A DNA stretch of 30,234 nt from a virus (Duplodnaviria > Caudoviricetes): positions 1 to 30,234 of IMG/VR virus record IMGVR_UViG_3300032135_000040; one strand, 5' to 3'. Shown here one piece after another: positions 8,805 through 16,179 of the stretch (position 1 is the first letter of the stretch; every line of letters begins with the position of its first letter). Below the pieces are notes generated by a model. The model worked only from the letters and a program-made list of their open reading frames with translations, ran no database searches and was not told the origin of the DNA. The position numbers and the translations under genes were made by a program.

Positions 8805-9032
8805 TCAGCCAGTGGGGGGACTGGCGGTCTGTGTGCCGTAGGTGCGGCGATCGAGGTATGCCTGAAGTGTTGATGCGCTGATGCGCTGCTTCGCCTGGCC
8901 GCTGCCGAGCTCGACCACCTTCTTGAGACTCCCGTCCGCGATGCGGGCGTAGACGAAGTCAGTGGAGACGTCGAGAATGGTGGCCACCGATGCGATCGAG
9001 TAGTGACGCTCAACCTCAAGCACGGCGCTCAT
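8805..9032 (-). CDS. xis: Excisionase-like HTH protein
   Basis: YSIASVATILDVSTDFVYARIADGSL...RISASTLQAYL; located after cro. Confidence 0.75.
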   Translation of the reverse strand: MSAVLEVERHYSIASVATILDVSTDFVYARIADGSLKKVVELGSGQAKQRISASTLQAYLDRRTYGTQTASPPTG

Positions 9033-9295
9033 CAGGCGGCCAGATTGTCCGAGGTGACCGCGTGAAAGAGATCACCGAGCGGGACATGGGGGAACGCAAG
9101 GTTGACCTGCGCGATGAACACGCCGTTTACGGGCAGTCCCTTCGACGCACGCCACAAAGTGGTGTAGTCAGTGCCGATGATGCGGGCAAGCTCCGCTTCG
9201 CTCGTAATTCCGTTTGCTCGGCGAAGTTCATCCAGCCGAGAACGGTTCAACACTGTTCCGGGTTTCGTTCTTGCTGTACCGGTAGAAGCTTTCAT
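9032..9295 (-). CDS. Cro-like HTH regulator
   Basis: LDELRRANGITSEAELARIIGTDYTTLWR; divergent from the repressor; start placed at ATG 9295, 7 nt below a TAGTCT -10 (leaderless). Confidence 0.8.
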   Translation of the reverse strand: MKASTGTARTKPGTVLNRSRLDELRRANGITSEAELARIIGTDYTTLWRASKGLPVNGVFIAQVNLAFPHVPLGDLFHAVTSDNLAA

Positions 9296-9449
9296 AACGG
9301 CAAGACTAATCATTTCTTGCTGCAACGCAAGTTGATTTCAGTCCCGCGTGTCGCATTTCGCGCCCAAAAGTGCCGAAAACAGCCAAATTATGAGGATTGC
9401 CCCCCTGAAAGGTCATTGCAGTATTGAAATACCCGGGTACGGTTGAACC
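9290..9449. promoter_or_regulatory. Divergent promoters and 14-bp operators TTGC-N6-G(A/C)AA
   Basis: Copies at 9290-9303 (reverse), 9317-9330, 9397-9410 and 9416-9429. Rightward TTGCAG-16-TACGGT lies 6 nt before the repressor GTG; leftward -10 at 9303-9308. Confidence 0.7.
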
Positions 9450-9854
9450 GTGAATCAGAAGCAGACTTGGCCTGAATACCTCAACACGGTCACCGCCGGG
9501 GACACGGGAGCGCGCATCGCGCAAATATCCGGGGTGCCCGAATCAACCGTGAGCCGCTGGAAGAAGGGCATCTACTCCCCAAAGCCCCAACACGTCGTCG
9601 CGGTTGCGCGCGCATACGGAGCGAACGCAGCAGAGGCGCTCATCGTCGCCGGGTTCCTGCAAGAAGGAGACGTTGATCTCAGTGCTGCCGCCGCGCGGAA
9701 AGTGCACCTTCGCGACTTCACCGACATGGAACTAGCACAAGAGATGCTGCGCAGAGTCGCAGAGGGCGGCTCACCAATACTCGAAGAACCTCTCGACGCA
9801 GAGCACCCAGCAATGCGCCCCCCATCCAGCAACAGCACAAGCCGCGCCGAATGA
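9450..9854 (+). CDS. Immunity repressor (XRE HTH)
   Basis: GARIAQISGVPESTVSRWKKG...VAVARAYG...EALIVAGFL; divergent from cro; coupled to int. Confidence 0.85.
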   Translation: MNQKQTWPEYLNTVTAGDTGARIAQISGVPESTVSRWKKGIYSPKPQHVVAVARAYGANAAEALIVAGFLQEGDVDLSAAAARKVHLRDFTDMELAQEMLRRVAEGGSPILEEPLDAEHPAMRPPSSNSTSRAE

Positions 9855-11029
9855 GAGCAGCCAAGGGCGAGGGGTCGGCATTCAAGACCGAGACCGGCTA
9901 CCGCGGGTACGTCACTGTCAACGGCAAGCGGAAGTACTTCTCCGCGAAGACCAAGGCCGAGGCCGCGCAGAAGAAGCGCGCGCTCCTCGCGCGGCGAGAC
10001 GACGGCCGCCTGGTCGTCGGGAAGGTTCCGACCGTAGGCGCGTGGATGGTGCACTGGCTCGACAACGTGCGCACCGCCAGCTCCACCACCTACGACATGG
10101 ACAAGTGGGTGATCGAGGCGAAGATCATTCCGGAGCTCGGCACCACCACCCTCGACAAGCTGACCGCCGAGCGGATCGAACAGTGGGTCACCGACCTCGG
10201 CGTTGTGCCGTCGTCGCAGAGACGTTACCTTGCGCCGATGAAGACAGCGCTCGAGGTCGCTTTCAAGCGCGGGCACATCGTATTCAACCCCGCGGCGCGC
10301 GTCGAGATCGGCGCCCAAGGGAAGGCGAACACCTCCGCGTTCTCGCGAGCAGATCGCGACGCTATCTTGCGTGCCGCCACTGGTCGAAACCGTGCGCGCT
10401 GGCACGTCGCCCTTCGCATGGGTCTGCGGCCGGCAGAGGTGCTCGGGCTGTCGTGGACGGACTTCGATGAGAAGGTGGGGACGCTCACCGTGCGCAACCA
10501 GCTCCTACGGGCGACAGGGCGCGGACTGTTCCTGCAACCGAAGACGAAGACGAAGGCGGGGGATCGGGTCATCATTCTTCCGAAGTCGATCGTTGCGCTC
10601 ATCGTTGACCACCGCGCGGAGCAGCTGATCGAGCGCGGACAGCAGGCCGACGACTGGGTCGGTTGGGATTTCGACGGCCAGCCGGTTGCGCTGATCTTTA
10701 GCCAGCCGAACGGCCTGCCCATCGGGTCGGGCACAGACATTCGTCACTGGCGGAGGACGCTCGAAGCCGCCGGGCTGTCGAACGTGCGTCGGTATAAGGG
10801 CCGCCACACTGCGGCCACGCACATGCTGAACGACAGCGGAAACGACGTCGCCGTCACCGCGAAGAACCTCGGCCACTCCGACGCAGGGTTCACCTACCGC
10901 ACCTACGTGCACCCGCTCGAAGATCGCGAGCGCGAGATGGCCGAGAAGATGGATGCACCCTATGCTGCACCCTATGACACCGCCACAGAGCGGTACCCAG
11001 CGGAACTCGAACCGGGAACTTCCGCGTAA
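9851..11029 (+). CDS. int: Tyrosine integrase
   Basis: N-terminal GEGS arm-binding region; GLRPAEVLGL, KT, YKGRH, LGHS, Y catalytic motifs. Confidence 0.95.
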   Translation: MRAAKGEGSAFKTETGYRGYVTVNGKRKYFSAKTKAEAAQKKRALLARRDDGRLVVGKVPTVGAWMVHWLDNVRTASSTTYDMDKWVIEAKIIPELGTTTLDKLTAERIEQWVTDLGVVPSSQRRYLAPMKTALEVAFKRGHIVFNPAARVEIGAQGKANTSAFSRADRDAILRAATGRNRARWHVALRMGLRPAEVLGLSWTDFDEKVGTLTVRNQLLRATGRGLFLQPKTKTKAGDRVIILPKSIVALIVDHRAEQLIERGQQADDWVGWDFDGQPVALIFSQPNGLPIGSGTDIRHWRRTLEAAGLSNVRRYKGRHTAATHMLNDSGNDVAVTAKNLGHSDAGFTYRTYVHPLEDREREMAEKMDAPYAAPYDTATERYPAELEPGTSA

Positions 11030-11080
11030 AGTCGGGTTTCACCGGCAGTGTGCGGCACCCAGCGGAGGCGGACTCTATCT

Positions 11081-11125
11081 CTCGTAATGAGAAGGTCGTC
11101 AGTTCGATTCTGACAGGCGGCTCCA
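11081..11125 (+). other. attP core = 3' half of tRNA-Thr(CGT)
   Basis: CTCGTAA anticodon loop, TGAGA, T arm GTCAG-TTCGATT-CTGAC, AGGCGGCTCCA. No D arm or 5' acceptor strand upstream. Confidence 0.9.
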
Positions 11126-11133
11126 TATAAACA

Positions 11134-11164
11134 CTGGGGAGTAGCCACCACGGCGACTCCCCAG
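11134..11164 (+). terminator. Hairpin downstream of the att core
   Basis: CTGGGGAGT-a-GCC...GGC-g-ACTCCCCAG; positioned to end or stabilise the reconstituted tRNA transcript. Confidence 0.65.
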
Positions 11165-11233
11165 CTTCATGCCCTGCACCCTACCGTGCACCGTATGGGG
11201 ACAGTGCGACCCGCGGAACTGCGCGGTTCGCGC

Positions 11234-11488
11234 CTACGGACGCCGCGCGGAATCGGCGCGGGTGATGACATCGACAAGGTCGAGCGCGAGTGCCCTGCAG
11301 ATGCGGTCTAGCTCATCGATGGTCAGCGCACGCTCGGCGCGAAGAAGTTTCGACAGCTGCGACTGGGAGATTCCCACAACTTCCCCGAGTTCACTCTGAC
11401 CAATGCCGGCGTCTCCGAGCGCATCGCTGAGAACGTTGGCTATCGCGCGCGATAGCGGCCCAGGCGGGCGTCTGGTTCCGGAAGGCAT
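11234..11488 (-). CDS. XRE-family HTH protein
   Basis: GIGQSELGEVVGISQSQLSKLLRAERALTIDELDRICRAL; leaderless -10 TAGTTT. Confidence 0.85.
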   Translation of the reverse strand: MPSGTRRPPGPLSRAIANVLSDALGDAGIGQSELGEVVGISQSQLSKLLRAERALTIDELDRICRALALDLVDVITRADSARRP

Positions 11489-11527
11489 CGTTCGAAACTA
11501 TCGCCAAAAGTGGGGCCCTTCTGAATC

Positions 11528-11547
11528 TAGTTCGGATGAACTAATGT
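11528..11547. promoter_or_regulatory. Palindrome TAGTTC-GGAT-GAACTA overlapping -10 TAATGT
   Basis: Perfect 6-4-6 inverted repeat at 11528-11543; the -10 (11542-11547) is 6 nt before ATG 11554. Confidence 0.55.
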
Positions 11548-11553
11548 TGCTAC

Positions 11554-11769
11554 ATGGAGCGACAACGTCGCGTTCAGGTGGCGAGCGCAGTGAAAGCCGA
11601 ACTCGCCCTGCAAGGCGTGTCGCCCGAACGGTTAGCCGAGTTGATTTCAATTCCAATGTCAGCGCTGGATCATATGCTCAGCGGCGAAGCAGACATGGAA
11701 CTCGAAGACCTCGACACGATAGCCATCGCCCTCGGGGTTTCCGTTGTCTCATTTCTGGATGCGGGCTAG
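11554..11769 (+). CDS. XRE-family HTH protein
   Basis: VKAELALQGVSPERLAELISIPMSALDHMLSGEADMELEDLDTIAIALGVS. Confidence 0.8.
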   Translation: MERQRRVQVASAVKAELALQGVSPERLAELISIPMSALDHMLSGEADMELEDLDTIAIALGVSVVSFLDAG

Positions 11770-11803
11770 GTGCAGGCTGGTGCATCGTTTTCAAGGGGGA
11801 TAC

Positions 11804-12052
11804 ATGCGATTGGTGAAACTTGATTGGGCGGCACTTACGGAAGCGGCGGCGGGCATGGGGGTGTGCGGCCGTGAGGCGATCGTTCAGCATCTGGGAGTGG
11901 AACCCGAACCTGTGACGATGGAGGTCATCGCGCGAGTGGTCACCCTGTTTCCAGCGAGGGCCGTCGACGTCTTCCGCATTTCAGGGCGGGGTGACCTGCT
12001 CCCACCACCACCTCCCACTCTGGGGCTGCGGGGACAACGTGCACGCCGGTAG
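11804..12052 (+). CDS. Degenerate Cro-like protein
   Basis: RBS AAGGGGG before ATG 11804; aligns by eye with the Cro at 9032-9295. Confidence 0.55.
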   Translation: MRLVKLDWAALTEAAAGMGVCGREAIVQHLGVEPEPVTMEVIARVVTLFPARAVDVFRISGRGDLLPPPPPTLGLRGQRARR

Positions 12053-12062
12053 GCTCGGTCGC

Positions 12063-12485
12063 ATGAAAGTCCTCACTACGACCATGCTCGGACTGTCCGT
12101 CGTTGCGATGCTCGCAGGCTGCGCCGCACCTGCTGTGACGCCCGAGCCGGAACCATCCGAGACTCTGAACCCGGCGCACGCGATCTGCGACGACTTCGAG
12201 ACCGCAACAAACGACCTCGCCCAACTCCTCATCCTCGTCTGGAACGGTGACGCGACTGATTCTGAAGAGGCGGAACTCAAGAACTTCGCCGACAGATTCG
12301 ACATACTCTCCCTAGAGGCTGACGGCGAGCTCGCGACCAGGCTCGCCGCTGTGCGGGACATTCTGCCCAATGGTGTGTTGCCGGTGCTCATTGACTCCGA
12401 GGACTACTTCGATGCGCTGAGTGCTGTGCAGCGTGCTTGTGAAGCTGAGGGCGCAGACTCCGACTACACGACATGGGAGTACTGA
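12063..12485 (+). CDS. Lipoprotein (candidate superinfection-exclusion factor)
   Basis: MKVLTTTMLGLSVVAMLAG-C lipobox; -10 TAGGCT 7 nt before the ATG. Confidence 0.8.
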   Translation: MKVLTTTMLGLSVVAMLAGCAAPAVTPEPEPSETLNPAHAICDDFETATNDLAQLLILVWNGDATDSEEAELKNFADRFDILSLEADGELATRLAAVRDILPNGVLPVLIDSEDYFDALSAVQRACEAEGADSDYTTWEY

Positions 12486-12498
12486 CGCAGGGGACAAC

Positions 12499-12546
12499 AA
12501 AAAAGCCCCGCTCCGACCTCTGCGAAGAGGTGGAGCGGGGCTTTGT
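12499..12546. terminator. Bidirectional intrinsic terminator
   Basis: A-run, AAAGCCCCGCTCC...GGAGCGGGGCTTT, between the convergent lipoprotein and holin genes. Confidence 0.85.
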
Positions 12547-12637
12547 CGTTGCTGGACTATTGGCAGCTGCCACACTGCAGTAAGTCCTGCGGGTCGACGG
12601 GTACCGCGTACGGTTCGTCGTTCGGATCCTGCACGGG

Positions 12638-12934
12638 TCAGCGTGCGGTATAGACCGGTGTGGCGGACGAGCCGAGTAACCACTTCTCTGCCTTCGGCCA
12701 GCGGGCTCCAATCTTGCGGGCACCCCAGTAGTAGAGGGCGATGACTGCGGCTGTGGCTGCTGCGATGAGCAGGTCGCGCCACCCGTTGCCGTACGTGCCT
12801 TCGACGTAGGTGATGGCGGTGTTGAGCCAGGTGAACTGCGCGAGCAGGAACGTGATGAGCGAGCCGATCGCGACAGGCACGTAGGTGCGGAAGTAGGCGA
12901 CCGGGTCAATGGTGGGGAGGATGGGACTGGACAT
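12638..12934 (-). CDS. Holin-like membrane protein
   Basis: Two TM segments, RTYVPVAIG...YYWGARK...WLLGS; last gene of the late operon. Confidence 0.7.
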   Translation of the reverse strand: MSSPILPTIDPVAYFRTYVPVAIGSLITFLLAQFTWLNTAITYVEGTYGNGWRDLLIAAATAAVIALYYWGARKIGARWPKAEKWLLGSSATPVYTAR

Positions 12935-12989
12935 TACTGCTCCTTGTTCGGTTTGTGTTGGTTCCGCTCCCGGGTGGGGCGGGTGTCGT

Positions 12990-13373
12990 TCAGTTGCCGT
13001 ATCGCTTTTTACGAGACGGCCGAGGCGGTATCTCGATTGTGTTTTCGTTCAACGTGTGAATAAGAAGGTTGTTGTACCCCAGCAGCTCGACAACTTCTGC
13101 CTCGAGCTCTTGGATTCGGGCGGCCGTTTCCTTCTCGAAGTTGTCCAGCCGCTCTCGCAACGACTGGTTATCCTTCTGCAATGCCTCCGCTAGTGCCCCA
13201 AACCCCTCAACAGCGTTCGCATCCTTCTGAAGTGCATCACCCTTGATCCCCCGACGAGATGCAGCAATCGCATTCACCACCGCAGCACCCATACCCCCAG
13301 TGACCAACGCGAAAATGCCAAGAATGATCAGACCGGTGTAGTTACCCGACTCAATAAAGTCATTCGGCGCCAT
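12990..13373 (-). CDS. Membrane protein with coiled coil (lysis cassette)
   Basis: N-terminal TM followed by heptad repeats. Confidence 0.7.
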   Translation of the reverse strand: MAPNDFIESGNYTGLIILGIFALVTGGMGAAVVNAIAASRRGIKGDALQKDANAVEGFGALAEALQKDNQSLRERLDNFEKETAARIQELEAEVVELLGYNNLLIHTLNENTIEIPPRPSRKKRYGN

Positions 13374-13767
13374 CGGCAGCTCCCCTCGTCAGTCGACGTG
13401 TCTTCACATCCAACTTGATAGCTTTTGACAAGAAGAAGAGCGACAGAATTGCAACAGCGATCGCGGGTCCATAGACGGCTGGCAGCGGATCCCGGAACGT
13501 TGCCTGGTCGAGCATCAGCGCCCACAGCGCGACGTCGTATAACGCATATGCACCACACAGCGGCCAGAGTGCGATGGCTTCAATTTTGAAGTTGGGTTTC
13601 AGGATTGAGAAGAAAGCTGCACCACCCGCCACAAGAAATGATGTGCCGTAAACGTAGACGATGCCTACCCCCAAAATCATTTGGACGGGCATTGACGGAT
13701 ACAGCAAGGTCAGCACTCCGTGGGCCGTCACTAGCGCGTAGATAATCGCCAGAAGAGTCCGGTTCAT
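13360..13767 (-). CDS. Four-TM membrane protein (lysis cassette)
   Basis: Start placed at ATG 13767 (MNRTLLAIIY); four hydrophobic segments. Confidence 0.75.
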   Translation of the reverse strand: MNRTLLAIIYALVTAHGVLTLLYPSMPVQMILGVGIVYVYGTSFLVAGGAAFFSILKPNFKIEAIALWPLCGAYALYDVALWALMLDQATFRDPLPAVYGPAIAVAILSLFFLSKAIKLDVKTRRLTRGAADGAE

Positions 13768-13821
13768 ATGTACTCCATTCGAGGGGTAGAAGATTGTGTC
13801 CAAATGAATTAAACTTTGCTC

Positions 13822-14235
13822 ATGAAGAACATGACGAAGGGGATCATCGCCAGCCTCAGTGCTGCCGCCGTAATTACTGCCGGCGCGTTCATCGGGGTGT
13901 CCGCAACAACAGCGGAACCCGAGGAAACACAGGCCGCGGTCGTAACCGTTGACGAGAACACGTTGCGTCAGGAAACTCCCAACACTGTTCGTCAGACTGT
14001 TCTTCCGGCACCTGTTGTTGAGGAAGCTGTTATTGAACCAGCCCCGACACAGGAACCCGTAGCAGAACCCGCACCGGCACCAGCGCCTGAACCTGAGCCC
14101 GAGGCATGGGTGAACGATGACGGAAAGGTGGAAGGCGCAGGCTGTCCCTCGCCCTACGTTGATCTGGGATACGGCTGCCAAGACCCCATCTGCGGTGTAG
14201 ACGCAAACGGCAACGACATTCCCTGTGAGGGCTAA
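13822..14235 (+). CDS. Secreted Pro/Glu-rich protein with four C-terminal Cys (moron)
   Basis: Signal peptide, PAPAPEPEPE linker, CPSPY..GYGCQDPICG..DIPC; -10 TAAACT 6 nt before ATG 13822; opposite strand to its neighbours. Confidence 0.75.
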   Translation: MKNMTKGIIASLSAAAVITAGAFIGVSATTAEPEETQAAVVTVDENTLRQETPNTVRQTVLPAPVVEEAVIEPAPTQEPVAEPAPAPAPEPEPEAWVNDDGKVEGAGCPSPYVDLGYGCQDPICGVDANGNDIPCEG

Positions 14236-14987
14236 GCGGTTTCCAACCTCGTGAGCCGTTCATGCAAATCACGGACAGCAACAAGGTTGGCTACAGCACC
14301 AAACCCCGCATAATCCACACCGGCAGGCGTGACCCCATCACTGTCATAGATGACGAACAACTCTAAACCATTCTTGATAAGATCCTCAGCGAATAAACCC
14401 GCCTCGTCTGGAACCTCATATTCGGGGTCGTAGAATTCGTTCTCGGGGTTGTCGCGAATCTCTAGCTGGGTGATGTAGGCGAACACTCCCGGAGTACATG
14501 CACGCACGTTCTCCGCGGTGAACGGGACGCTCCTAATGTTTGTTTTCTTCACCTCTGTAGAAGGTGCGTAGCCGAAGATTCCGTTGTTGTTCTGCCATAC
14601 TGTTTGACGCGCGCCGGGGTATACGGTGATGTCGGTGTTGAATGCACCCACACTCTTCAAACTGCCAACAGCGTTCACTTGGCTGGACGCGGTAACGCTG
14701 CCGGATGCAGACATGTTGCCGGTCGCAGTGACGTTGCCGCCGGCGGTGACGTTCCCGGTCGCGGTGACGTTCCCGGTCGCGGTGACGTTGCCTGTATTCA
14801 CAGCCGTTGCGAGGGCCTCATCGATCTGCCCGGGCAGGTCATTCACGAGCTTGGTGAGCGTCTCAATGGCCCGGTTCATCTGGGTAGCATCAAAGGTGGA
14901 GATACGGTCAATGCGTTCATCCAGTTGTCGGCGCAGTTCCGAAAGCTGGGCGCGGAAATCGCTAGGTCCTGGTGTTGGGTTAGCCAA
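14232..14987 (-). CDS. Minor tail/spike protein with hexapeptide repeats and a C-terminal chaperone-like (peptidase S74-like) domain
   Basis: TTG 14987 with GGAGG RBS; GNVTAT repeats; STEVKKTNI...GLFAEDL...VDY...LHERLTRLE. Confidence 0.75.
   Translation of the reverse strand: MANPTPGPSDFRAQLSELRRQLDERIDRISTFDATQMNRAIETLTKLVNDLPGQIDEALATAVNTGNVTATGNVTATGNVTAGGNVTATGNMSASGSVTASSQVNAVGSLKSVGAFNTDITVYPGARQTVWQNNNGIFGYAPSTEVKKTNIRSVPFTAENVRACTPGVFAYITQLEIRDNPENEFYDPEYEVPDEAGLFAEDLIKNGLELFVIYDSDGVTPAGVDYAGFGAVANLVAVRDLHERLTRLETA
14715..14792. repeat. 18-bp coding tandem repeat (about 4.3 copies)
   Basis: GTT(G/C)CCGGTCGC(A/G)GTGAC-like units at 14715, 14733, 14751 and 14769. Confidence 0.9.
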
Positions 14988-16119
14988 GAGGTGCCTCCGT
15001 GGTAGTGATAGTGATCCAGTTCGGGTCTTCCGTGCCGGATAGTGCGGCGATCTCACGCCGGTACGTCCCATCAGGAATCAGATCGTCATCACGGACGGTG
15101 ATGTCACACAAGTCCCCCTTGCGGTACTCGCCCGGGAACGGTGACTGGTCAGTGCGAACCCGGAAAGGCCAGAACTGGGTGGGCGCAGCGGATACCCGGA
15201 TTCGTTCATCCGAATATGACTGAATGGTCGCGGGGTCGCTTGCGCTCGAGTGGTCAGTATCGACAGATTCGAACAGGGGGAAGCCAGCGGTGAGCTGAGC
15301 AGGGTTCTGCGCAAACGTAACCATGGCATTGCCGACAGAGCGGCCACCTGTCGTCCACGCAAGGGATGACATTGTGGTTGCGTCGATCTCAATCTCAAGG
15401 TCATCAATGCCTGGTTCGGGTACTGAGTAGTCCCACTGGTGGATTGATGCCGAGCGGAGACGTGGCTGTTCCTCGGTGCCGGTACGAAATAGTAGTTCGA
15501 TGCCGAGGCGGTCTGCGGTGAGGCGTGGGGCGAACTCCCAATCGGGCCCGTTGTCGCGGGCCGCATAGTTGTCGAAGGTTCTACCGATGGGAACAAGGTC
15601 GGAACCGAAGATGGTGTCCTCGCGAGTGCCAACACGGTCATCTTCGAAGATGACTGGCAGGTCACCGCCCGGGAACAGCATCGACTGTTGAACGATTTTC
15701 TTGAGGATGGTGCCCATGTCCCATCCGGATAGAGCAGTGTTGGTGAGCGGGTTTGCCTCACCTGTGGCCGGATCGATGAGGGGTTCGGTGAGGGCCGCCA
15801 GTGGGATGACGTTGCGGTGGTTGAAGTAGTCGTTACGTGACCGCAATTCCAAGGTTCGGCGCCTACGGTTGTAGAGCGGTTTCGACATCAGCCCGAACGC
15901 CATGACGTTGTCGCCGATGATCTTCGCGAGAAACGTTTTACCTGCGGTGGCGGCGTTGTACAAGCCAAGGGCGCGCATGCTCTCGTCGGCCAAGTTCACA
16001 ACGCAGGAGAGGTCGTCGGGGGCATTACGGCGGGACTCCCACCGGTCGGAGACAACCTCAAGGTCAAGGATGTTCCGGCCGGTGAGGAAGTCACCGATGA
16101 CAGTGCGGGACTCAACCAT
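14980..16119 (-). CDS. Minor tail protein (baseplate hub-like)
   Basis: IGDFLTGRNILDL...GPDWEFAPR...WDYS...GFPLFESVD...GDLC pattern; tail context. Confidence 0.75.
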   Translation of the reverse strand: MVESRTVIGDFLTGRNILDLEVVSDRWESRRNAPDDLSCVVNLADESMRALGLYNAATAGKTFLAKIIGDNVMAFGLMSKPLYNRRRRTLELRSRNDYFNHRNVIPLAALTEPLIDPATGEANPLTNTALSGWDMGTILKKIVQQSMLFPGGDLPVIFEDDRVGTREDTIFGSDLVPIGRTFDNYAARDNGPDWEFAPRLTADRLGIELLFRTGTEEQPRLRSASIHQWDYSVPEPGIDDLEIEIDATTMSSLAWTTGGRSVGNAMVTFAQNPAQLTAGFPLFESVDTDHSSASDPATIQSYSDERIRVSAAPTQFWPFRVRTDQSPFPGEYRKGDLCDITVRDDDLIPDGTYRREIAALSGTEDPNWITITTTEAPLG

Positions 16120-16179
16120 CTCGTTAGTTCGCCGCGACTGTGAATGTCTTCAGGCGGGCGATGATGTACCGAGTCACGG

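Larger units (their letters stand above)
10954..11197 (+). repeat. Integrase arm-type direct repeats TGCACCCTAT flanking the att core
   Basis: TGCACCCTATG at 10954 and 10966; TGCACCCTACC at 11175; TGCACCGTATG at 11187. Both pairs have a 12-bp period. Confidence 0.8.

Noticed and set aside
10785-10810. Inactive integrase because HxxR reads YKGR
   Set aside because: Substitution of this His occurs in active tyrosine recombinases; the other catalytic residues and attP are intact.
11050-11125. Complete tRNA-Thr gene
   Set aside because: Upstream sequence cannot form the D arm, the 5' anticodon stem or the 5' acceptor strand; it is an att core.
9450-11125. Integration-dependent immunity system
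   Set aside because: attP lies about 50 bp downstream of int, not inside the repressor gene.
14715-14792. CRISPR-like array
   Set aside because: Contiguous in-frame 18-bp units with no spacers and no cas genes.
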